Shown: positions 12,141 to 31,600 of the stretch, in pieces
How positions within the stretch are numbered: position 1 is the stretch's first letter
Layout of the letters: each line of letters starts with the position of its first letter
Source: Macrostomum lignano
Taxonomy: Eukaryota
Direction: 5' to 3'
Length of the DNA stretch: 64,000 bases
Assembly: GCA_002269645.1 (NCBI GenBank)
Contig: NIVC01003779.1
Span: 13,132 to 77,131, forward strand
Position numbers and translations under genes: made by a program
The notes under the pieces: model-generated
Told to the model about the DNA's origin: nothing
Database searches by the model: none
What the model saw: the letters and a program-made list of their open reading frames with translations, nothing else

Positions 12141-13980
12141 CGAAAGTTTCCGGCTGAAAATCTTCCAGCGACCGGAGCACAGTCACGCTCGGGTTGCCCG
12201 CGTGAACCGAGGTGTCGGCGCGCGGATCCGGGCACCAGACCACCTGCCGGAGTTAAAATAAATATGAACGATACTTGCTACTAGTCAAAGTAATATAAAA
12301 AGGAAGGAACAGTTTAAAGTAAAAAGTAACGATTGATTGCTACAAACGTCTTAAAACGAAATTATAATTAGAACCCGACCTCGGTCGTGACTTGACGACC
12401 GAATCTGATTTGAATTGACATGACCCGTTCTTAGCTGGCTGGTTCCGACTTAACCTGACCTTGACCTCGACTGACCTGACTCCTGACATACCTGACCTGA
12501 CCCGACTTGACCTGACCTGACTTTCCCTGATATTGATTGAGTTGATTTGACTTTGACTAGATCTGACCTGACTTGATGCAACATGAGTGTAGCCAATTTA
12601 AACCAAGATCTGTTTGACCCGGAAGGCCACGCCGAGGACCCACCTTCATGCCAGCGGCCAGGGCGGCCTCAACGCCATTTGGCGCGTCCTCGAAGACCAG
12701 CACTCTGGCCGGGTCAATCGGGGTCGGGTCGAACCTGTCAGCAGCCACCAGGAAGCAGTCGGGCGCTGGCTTGCCACGGCCCACAGCTGGGTCGCTGCCA
12801 GCCAGCACCCAGTGATGGAATTTGCTCAGCAACTCCGGCCGGCCGCCAACTTTGACGTCAAAGCCAGTCTGGTCCGACCCGGTGGCGATGCACATGGGCA
12901 CCCGGTGCTGCCACAGGTGCTCCAGGAGACGGTTCACACCTGTGTAGATGGGGATCTTAGTAGATTAGCCCTATTAGAGCCCATAGCCTTGGGGTTTTGA
13001 TGGATAGCTTCTGGAACTAATCAGTGTGTCGCTTATTTCTAGGAAATATAAGTTTTGTACAGGTTCTACAATCTACATAGCTCCAATTAGACGATGAGGC
13101 ATTTATGTATGCTAAGACAGTTATAGCTACTGCCATTTACTTAAAAATCACAATTTTGTGGGAAAACACATTGCCTAGGTTTTTCAAATGTGGCTACAAT
13201 GGGATTAAGATAAGAGTTTAACTTTGCTAAATTTTCAAACAGCTTAAAAATATTTAAAAGTTTACCTGGCATTATCTTGCTATAGGGAAACTCCTTTAGC
13301 AACATTGTATTGATCATTTCATGATGCTGTTCCACTGTGATGGGCAAGTCAAGATGGTCTGAAAAGATCATTTAAATATTTTCTATGATCCAAGATAGCT
13401 TTTTTAATTAACAAGTATAACAAATAATTATCAAATATAGAATTTTTTGTTTGTCATTTGATTAATTTATATACAACTTACTAATACATTGACTTATTAT
13501 TCATTTAAATGCATAAAAACAATTTTAATACTTTTTATCACATTGACAACATACTTTTTAGTTATTATACAAAATAGAAATCACATGATATAGCTACTTA
13601 TCAATAGTGACTTGCACTAGCATAAGTTGCATTACTTACCAATTATTATTTTTGCAGATTCATTTGGTGGCCTTCCCATTTGCTTCTGCTTGATTTCCCA
13701 AGTAAATTGCTTGCCAAATTGAGCACAAAATTTATTGTAACAATCTGTATAAATAGACTCTGTATCTAAAATGCAAATTAAAATAAATTAGGCTTAGGTT
13801 CTATATTTTAAATTTTAGTAGGTATAATTCTTAAACTTGAATCTGAAATGGAAGAAATAGTATGCAAATAGAAAAATTGGCTTAATCTAAGCTTCTAATA
13901 CAATAGTGTTTTTATTTACCAATTAGAAGTCCATCCATGTCAAAGATTGCATGGGTAATAGATGAGCTATTAGTTGTCAT
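12103..13980 (-). CDS. PUDP: Pseudouridine-5'-phosphatase (HAD-superfamily, HDHD1/GS1-like), about 238 aa
   Basis: Five phase-compatible exons: 13920-13980, 13640-13765, 13266-13358, 12644-12939, 12103-12243. HAD motif I THAIFDMDGLLIDTE, motif II IATGS, motif III GKPAPDCF, motif IV VFEDAPNGVEAA, and the typical C-terminus LRSLEDFQPETFGLPPF. Confidence 0.92.
12440..12575. repeat. Degenerate pentamer repeat (TGACC/TGACT) in PUDP intron 4
   Basis: Directly visible. Confidence 0.7.
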
Positions 13981-14545
13981 GTTGATCTTCCTGCCCACAA
14001 GATTATTATGCTTAAATTATAAAAAAATTACTTATTAATTAACCAAAAATAAACCAATGAGCAATGAGTAAATAACAGACGATACGTAGCCAACATGTAC
14101 TAGTGCTATATTAGTGCTATAGCTTCTAACCAAAATTCGTGAGCTTATATATACCATATCATACAAATTGTTAGTTTCTTGGAATGACAGCATTTCAGAA
14201 GTTATCAACTTTTAGCAGCCGTTAAACTCAGCACAAATTAGAGAAAAAAGGCATTAAAATATTGCAATATATTTTCTGCGGTTCTGACGTTAGCAATACA
14301 TTAGTAAATATTCTATGATAAAACAGGCATGCTTTTGATTTAAACAAGTATTGTCTTTTTTTCGAAGACTTCGTTCTAAACCTTGGACACATTTGGCGTG
14401 CTTGCAAAGTTATTTATTGGTTGTTGAATCTTTGAATTTTATAATTATTGCTTCTGTAACTGTATGAAATATTTCTGGACACGATTCTGTTTAACTTAGA
14501 TTGAATCCTCAATTTAAGCTAGTTTTGAACGGTCTTTGTTGCTAG

Positions 14546-14906
14546 CTGGGTTTTTTTAGGCCATACGGTAGCCACGTCCGGCTACCCAAAAAAGCCATTG
14601 GCAACTGGATTTGTGGCATCAGAGGCCAATCTGGCAACCAACTTGAACCAAGGCAGTTGCCAATGATAAAACAGTCTGTCACATTTTATTACTGCTAAGA
14701 TTGGCTTGACTGAAAACCTGAAGCCTGAGCTGATTCGAGCATATTATTTTTTCGTCAATGCGTGAAAATTGTTGCAAAAACAACTTTATAAAGTGGGACA
14801 CTGAAATAGGTCAGTTGTCAGTTGGCAACTGAGGATGGCAATTAGCAACTAGATTTTGAGCTCCAGTTGCCATTTGGCAACTAGATTTCGGACGAAAAAA
14901 ACCCAG
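14546..14906. mobile_element. MITE-like element with terminal inverted repeats
   Basis: Left end CTGGGTTTTTTT, right end AAAAAAACCCAG, internal inverted TGGCAACT/AGTTGCCA motifs. Flanks TGTTGCTAG and GTTTGCTAG resemble an imperfect 9-bp target-site duplication. Confidence 0.5.
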
Positions 14907-16399
14907 GTTTGCTAGTAGCCATGCTGCATGCATTTAATAATTATGCATGTAAATGAAAGCGTATGGTTTCAAAATTCTGAATTTTTTATTGTACTCTTCG
15001 GCTAGATTAATTTTACTCTTTGGAATTTTTATTCACATTCTGGTTTGTGTAATGCAGGCTTCCCAAACTCAGCGACAACAACTTGTAAGTACATGTACAT
15101 TAGAGTAAGCAGTACAGCATCTCGACATTTACATGTACATGCAATGTAGTTACGTGTATCTACTGTCTACTTGTGCCAGTAGTTACGACTTTAAAGTTCA
15201 GATAAAATTAGAAAGTTCATTAAAGCTGTGTGCATATACTGATCGTGTATTTGCCTTTTCCTTTTAATATTCTAGGAAAGTTTCTTCCGATTGCTACAAT
15301 AATGGGGCATCATCGCAGAATCGCTACAGGGAATGCTTTCAGCTTGACGGCTCTCTTACATTTGGCTGGAAATTACTTTAGCTCGAGAGGGAAGTTTTTT
15401 CTTGTCTCTACAAAATAAAAGACTGCATGAGCTACAGATCTAGAAGGGCTTCGCTGTGCTCCCCACGTCAATAGAAATTGACAAACTCTCGCGTTAACCT
15501 GCAGCATCGGCTTTGTTGTTCAACTGAAACGGTTGCCTCGGGGATCCACGATGGGAGACGCTTATGGGGTTTGTCTGCCTTACCTTCTCCTAAACAGTCG
15601 ATAGTTTCCGCGTCTCGGTCGAATGGTTTTGCTGAATAGGCGACTCTTGAATACCCCAAGATAGATAGCTCCCATCTAAACAATGGAACCAACTCCAGAA
15701 GCCCGTCACAATAGCGCAGAGGCTGGAAAGCAGGAAGCTGGAGATGAGGGGGCAGGAACAAAGGACAAGCCTTCGCCCAGCGCCAAAGCCTCTTAACCAC
15801 TTCAATATTTTTACAGAGACTCACTGAAGCAGTTTCACCGCCCTGTGATTCCTTCTCATTATCAACAAGCAGCTGCACGCTTGCTCCCGAGCACTGCAGA
15901 AGGGAAGTTTTGCCACTGCTGGGCCAGGAATTCGGTGCTTAGCGAATTCATAAAATCTGTGAGCAGAACATCATTGCCTGAATCATGAAATCTTTTGCAT
16001 CATTAATAATTATTGAAACCAATTCGGTGAACGTTTTATGACGAAAATTCAGTGAAGTGTTTTGATATCGAGACCAAATACCCAGCTATGCGACTTCTTG
16101 GCTCTACACCTTACCCAAAAACCTTCTTCCCCTTGCAGTCTCTGCCAGTCTCTCCCCTGCTCCCAGCCATGAGGAGCAATTTCTGGAGTTTAGCTGAAAG
16201 CTTTACCAAGTCTCCAAGGCAACCAAGACAGAGCGCTGTCTTCAAGTGGCGAGTGCAGGAGCTCGTCAGCCAATCAGACAACGGCTGCTCTTTTCACATT
16301 TAAGAAGCATTCTGAGCCCCGGCTCTTCCCCGCTTTCCTCTCTTCCGGCAGTTTTATCGGCAACAGCGCAGCTGCAGGACTACGACAAGTTTAGAAAAA

Positions 16400-25286
<8,887 letters not shown>

Positions 25287-26574
25287 GTAAGTGCATGACG
25301 GATATTCGATCCTCTCTTCGCTATTAATCTGTTTTCGGAGTAATTTTTTCATGCCAAGCTTTATAAAAGACGCGCGTAATTTCCTGGCCGCAAAGAAGAC
25401 TTCATCCCATTATTTTGGTAAGTTTTTTAACGTAATGACGTATTGCATTTGAAAATGTATCTTAAATCTTTGTACAAAACTTCGACCAAAAGATCTGGTA
25501 GAATCACACTCAACCAGGTAAGATGATTGGTAAGCTGGTGAAGTACATTAAACAATGTAACAGAGTCAACCTTGTATCTTGCGCTAAAACTCTATTTGAA
25601 TATTCTCTGTTCCTTGCGAGTAAATATATTGAAAATGTTATGCCTTTGTTCTAATTCGAAATCAGAACCTTTGTTTTCATTCATTTATTTCTATGCTGTT
25701 TCTCTGAGTAGTGATCAAGTATTTTGAAAGTTTGCGCTAATTCAGAACCATGGACAGCTGAAGTACAAAGTAGAAAGACGGTACAGTTGGCTTTCTTAGA
25801 AATGAGTCTGTGAGGAACGTAGATCGTATATTTGTCGCATCGCTACAGTAGTGAGTTTAGCATTCTTTTGAGGAATTGCATTTCTCTCGACGGAATTTGT
25901 CTATGGAAAAAACCCAATCAGCCCTGTGCGTTCTCAAGAGCCATTACTAAAGACCCTTATTAATTGTAACAAAAAATTTTGCTGCTCACGGAATCGAACC
26001 AACGCCATACCCACTAAGCTGCTCCGAGAGCTATTTAAAATCAAATACTATAGTAATATAACTTATAAATCAGTTAAAAGTTATCAATATAAATATTTCA
26101 GTATATATTTCTGTGTAAGGCAAAGGTGCTACATCGCGGCCGAGCTCATCATGCGCTGCAGACAAAAAATTAAAAAAATTGAAATCAGAGAACCGCCAGG
26201 AAATCACAGCTAGAATTTATCGTCAGCTTGCGAAGCACAATGGAGGAGCAGGGCAGTTTTGAACCGTCTCCTGGAGCTTCACTAATTTTAAAAACTAGAT
26301 TTTGAAAGGTAAAACAAATCTTTTTTGTTTTACTCAACCAACAGTGCCAGGCAACTGAGCTTCGGACTGCAAAAAGGTCACAAGGCACAACATATATGTA
26401 AATATGATAACTGGTTGGCTGATAAACGATAAAATATTGATTAAGGCTTTGTTGGCTGAGTAAAAATCTGCTACGAGTGCGCGGATTAGACAAAAGTGGA
26501 AAAGTCAAATGATTAATTACTGTGTATAACGTTATCAGCCCATCTTTTAACATGAAAACAGTTTTATTGATACT

Positions 26575-27680
26575 CTCAGTCTAAATCTCTGAATCTCATT
26601 CTGAGTCTCTGAATCTCATTCTGAATCTCTGAATCTCTGAATCTCACTCTGAGTCTCTGAATCTCTATCTGAATCTCTGAATCTCTCTCTGAAACTCTGA
26701 ATCTCACTCTGAATCTCTGAACCTCATTCTGAATCTCCGAATCTCATTCTGAATCTCTAATCTCATTCTGAATCTCTGAATCTCATTGTGAATCTCTGAA
26801 TCTCATTCTGAATCTCTGAATCTCACTCTGAATCTCTGAATCTCTGAATCTCACTCTGAGTCTCTGAATCTCTGAATCTCACTCTGAATCTCTGAACCTC
26901 ATTTTGAATCTCCGAATCTCATTCTGAATCTCTGAATCTCATTCTAAATCTCTGAATCTCATTGTGAATCTCTGAATCTCTGAAGCTCAGTCTAAATCTC
27001 CGAATCTCATTTTGAATCTCTGAACCTCATTCTGAATCTCTGAATCTCATTCTGAATCTCTGAACCTCAGTCTAAATCTCCGAATCTCATTCTCAATCTC
27101 TAATCTCATTCTGAATCTCTGAATCTCATTTCTGAATCTCTGAATCTCATTCTGAATCTCTGAATCTCATTCTGAATCTCTGAATCTCATTCTGAATCTC
27201 TGAATCTCATTGTGAATCTCTGAATCTCACTCTGAATCTCTGAATCTCTGAATCTCAGTCTAAATCTCCGAATCTCAGTCTAAATCTCCGAATCTCATTT
27301 TGAATCGCTGAACCTCATTCTGAATCTCTGAATCTCAGTCTAAATCTCCGAATCTCATTCTCAATCTCTAATCTCATTCTGAATCTCTGAATCTCATTCT
27401 GAATCTCTGAATCTCAATCTGAATCTCTGAATCTCGTTCTGAATCTATGAATCTCATTTTGAATCTCATTCTGAATCTCTAAATCTCTATCTGAATCTTT
27501 GAATCTCACTCTGAATCTCTGAATCTCATTTTGAATCTCATTCTGAATCTCTGAATCTCATTCTGAATCTCTGAATCTCATTCTGAATCTCTGAATCTCA
27601 TTCTGAATATCTGAATCTCATGATGAATCTCTAATCTCATTCTAAATCTCTTCTAAATCTCTTCTCATTCTAAATCGCTG
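26575..27680. repeat. 9/11-bp compound minisatellite (TCTGAATCTC / TCATTCTGAATC)
   Basis: About 1.1 kb of tandem units immediately downstream of the Roco gene stop codon. Confidence 0.95.
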
Positions 27681-27716
27681 AGTCCCATCCGGAATCTCCC
27701 TCTCCCAGTCCGCGCC

Positions 27717-28631
27717 TCACAGCAGCTGGCAGGCGCGGCTCTTCTGGCCCTGCCCGGCCGGCGCGCTGAATGGCCGCTTCCTGACGCCCGGGGGGCTGCT
27801 GACTCTGCCTTGCCGCGCATCCTTCACGGGTGTCGCCGCCGTCGCAGCCGCCGCCGCCGCAGCGGAGGACGCAGCCGAGGCCGACGGCTCCGGCGACTCG
27901 ACGGCTTCGTCGATGCGGCCGAGGCCAGCGACGGCCAGCTTGCGCTTGGAGCTGGACTGCTCGGCCGCCTCGGCAGCCGCCGATTCAGCAGCGACAGACG
28001 CGACGGCGCCGCTGCCGACCACCGACAACACCTGCGCCAGCAGCTCCTCCTCCTCGTCCTCCGCAGTGTCACCAGCGTCAGCAGCAGGGACGGCCGTGGC
28101 GGCGTCCGCCAGCACGACGGTCCTCGGCTGGCTCTGGTGCTCCGGGCACAGCCAGAGGATTTTCCCTGACGGCAGGTGGCAGCGGCGTAGGCCGGCAGCG
28201 ATGCCCGGGTCCCGGCGGCGCAGGTGCTGGCGCAGCGCCGCGTGCAGCTGACGCAGGTCGGCCTCGGGCCCGGCGCGCTCAGCTGCCGCGCGCAAGTGAT
28301 CGAGCAGGCGGCCGCCGGCCACGGGGTCGGCCGCGGTGTCCAGGCCGGAGCGCCGGCTGTGCCGGAGGACCAGCGCCAGGCGGAGCAGCAGCGGCGCCAG
28401 GCCTCCCAGCAGCTGCAGGGCGGCGTCCCGGCCGAGGCGGAGCGGCAGGCCGGCGCCTGGGGCCGCATGCCAGCCGCCCTCGTGCTCGCAGAGCAGGCGG
28501 AACCGGAACTGGAAGCGGGGCTCGTCTTCGACGCCGTCGTCAGACAGCGGCGGCTCGTCCGCGGCCGCGTCGTCGGCGAAGGCGGCCACGGCGGAGAACT
28601 CGGCCTTGTCCGGGCTGTCGGCCGGGTTGTC
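27717..28631 (-). CDS. Roco gene last exon: CExxxxxH...WLCxxH domain, low-complexity tail, CaaX
   Basis: FRLLCEHEGGWH...GKILWLCPEH; ends KSRACQLL*. The 915-nt exon follows a pyrimidine-rich acceptor (CCGCAG). Confidence 0.85.
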   Translation of the reverse strand, partial: DNPADSPDKAEFSAVAAFADDAAADEPPLSDDGVEDEPRFQFRFRLLCEHEGGWHAAPGAGLPLRLGRDAALQLLGGLAPLLLRLALVLRHSRRSGLDTAADPVAGGRLLDHLRAAAERAGPEADLRQLHAALRQHLRRRDPGIAAGLRRCHLPSGKILWLCPEHQSQPRTVVLADAATAVPAADAGDTAEDEEEELLAQVLSVVGSGAVASVAAESAAAEAAEQSSSKRKLAVAGLGRIDEAVESPEPSASAASSAAAAAAATAATPVKDARQGRVSSPPGVRKRPFSAPAGQGQKSRACQLL

Positions 28632-31600
28632 CTGCGGAGTGGCCGAGACGACAGGGATGATTGGTTGGGAAATTGATGGAGAGCTTGTCAGGCAGACTAA
28701 AACGGTAGATTGGGAAATGGTAGACTGGGAAATGGTAGACTGGGAAATGGTAGACTGGGAAATGGTAGACTGGGAAATGGTAGACTGGGAAATGGTAGAC
28801 TGGAAAATGGTAGACTAGGAAATGGTAGACTGGGAAATGGTAGACTGGGAAATGGTAGACTGGGAAATGGTAGACTGGGAAATGGTAGACTGGGAAATGG
28901 TAGACTGGGAAATGGTAGACTGGGAAATGGTAGACTGGGAAATGGTAGACTGGGAAATGGTAGACTGGAAAATGGTAGACTAGGAAATGGTAGACTGGGA
29001 AATGGTAGACTGGGAAATGGTAGACTGGGAAATGGTAGACTGGGAAATGGTAGACTGGGAAATGGTAGACTGGGAAATGGTAGACTGGGAAATGGTAGAC
29101 TGGGAAATGGTAGACTGGGAAATGGTAGACTGGGAAATGGTAGACTGGGAAATGGTAGACTGGGAAATGGTAGACTGGGAAATGGCAGAGCCTACTCACA
29201 GAGTCAGTATAGATGTCGGCCACGATGAGGCAGGGAAACTGCTCGGCCGTGTCGAGAAATCCGGAGAACTGGCGGTAGACTTTGCGCTGGGCGAGCTCGA
29301 TCAGTTCCTGTAGCCATGTGTGACAGTTTTCCAATTAAGAACAGAAAAAATAACAGTTATTTATTTACTTTCTACTATAAGTAGTTTTTCGGATATCATG
29401 CCGGTTTTCAGTCAGGAGCCGCTGTGCACCCAGTGTGCATGAGTGCGTGTCTGCGTACAACATTGACGCGCTTGTGTGCTCATGTACTGTGACAGTTGTC
29501 ACCGAAGCTGCGTCAGGGCGCCCCCAGCCCTCCAGAAAATCATTATCTCTCCATCATTATCTCGTACTAGATAGGTAACCAGTCAAGAGAAAATGCATCA
29601 CCTGGAACATGGCGCCACCTCCGCCCGGACTGCTCAGGCTGCTTTTGCGCCGCTTGCGGAGACTGTCCTTGCTGTCCGGCCGTTTGATGGGGTAGTACCT
29701 CTCCAGCGTCTCCGTCACCGCGCTCAGCAGAGCGTCGTAGCAGGATTCGCTGGCAGCTTGGAAGTTCACCTTTGGATGACCGAGCGACATCATGCCGATC
29801 TGCCGGGGTTGTCGGTTCGGTAGATTAGATGCTTTTCTCACTAGATTAGATGCTTTTCTCAATGAATTACATGCTTTTAACCATAATCTTACTAGACTAG
29901 ATACCAATCTCACTAGACTAGATACCAATCTCACTAGACTAGATGCCAATCTCACTAGACTAGATACCAATCTCACTAGATAGATATCGATCTCACTAGA
30001 CTAGATACCAATCTCACTAGATAGATACCGATCTCACTAGACTAGACTAGATACCAATCTCACTGGACTCGATGCCAATCTCACTAGATAGATACCTATC
30101 TCACTAGACTAGATACCAATCTCACTAGATAGATACCGATCTCACTAGACTAGACTAGATACCAATCTCACTAGACTAGATGCCAATCTCACTAGACTCG
30201 ATGCCAATCTCACTAGATAGATACCGATCTCACTAGACTAGATACCAATCTCACTGGACTAAATACCAATCTCACTAGACTAGATACCAATCTCACTAGA
30301 CTAGATACCAATCTCACTAGATAGATACCGATCTCACTAGACTAGACTAGATACCAATCTCACTAGACTAGATGCCAATCTCACTAGACTCGATGCCAAT
30401 CTCACTAGATAGATACCTATCTCACTAGACTAGACTAGATACCAATCTCACTAGACTAGATGCCAATCTCACTAGACTCGATGCCAATCTCACTAGATAG
30501 ATACCTATCTCACTAGACTAGATACCAATCTCACTAGATAGATACCGATCTCACTAGACTAGATACCAATCTCACTAGACTAGATGCCAATCTCATTAGA
30601 CTCGATGCCAATCTCACTAGATAGATACCGATCTCACTAGACTAGATACCAATCTCACTGGACTAAATACCAATCTCACTAGACTAGATACCAATCTCAC
30701 TAGACTAGATACCAATCTCACTAGACTAGATACCAATCTCACTAGACTAGATACCAATCTCACTAGACTAGATACCAATCTCACTGGACTAAATACCAAT
30801 CTCACTAGACTAGATACCAATCTCACTAGACTAGATGCTAATCTCACTAGACTCGATGCCAATCTCACTAGACTCGATGCTAATCTCACTAGATTAGATA
30901 CCAATCTCACTAGACTAGATGCTAATCTCACTAGACTCGATGCCAATCTCACTAGACTAGATGCTAATCTCACTAGACTAGATGCTAATCTCACTAGACT
31001 AGATATCAATATCTCTAGATTAGATACCAATCTCACCAGGTTTCAAATTCTTTAGTTTATTTATCTGCGACTGCTTTCAGAATTTATAAAAAACATGAAA
31101 CAACGGATTCGAATTAAAGTGCATCGAATCTCATGTTAAGGAAAAATTTCACATAAGGGTCAGACCAAAGCCAAAAGCAGTTTGGCTGCTTGCGTGTGGG
31201 TGGCTGCCGGGCTGCGATGCGCTGAAAGAAGATTTATGCTAAGCTGGGCCGAGACCCCACTGCAGGGCCACCTGAACTGGGACTGAGTGAAAACCCCGTT
31301 TCATAGTTTCCACTGTCCTGGGAATCGATTTCCGCTTCCTCCTTTCCAGCCACTTTGTATCTTATTTCACCTTTTCCTTACTCCTTTCACTTTTCACTGG
31401 CTCCTCCCTTCTCATTTCTCATCTCACCTGTTCCTCCCTTCTCATTTCTCCTCTCACCTGTTCCTCTCACCTGTTCCTCTCACCTGTTCCTCTCACCTGT
31501 TCCTCTCACCTGTTCCTCTCACTTGTTCCCCTCACCTGTTCCTCCCTTCTCATTTCTCCTCTCACCTGTTCCCCTCACCTGTTCCTCCCTTCTCATTTCT

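Noticed and set aside
27810-28818. Overlapping antisense or alternate-frame ORFs on GC-rich exons (also around 34602-36084, 49383-50254, 52296-53878, 57444-58140, 59592-60428)
   Set aside because: Shadow ORFs caused by GC-rich codon usage; no motifs or splice support.
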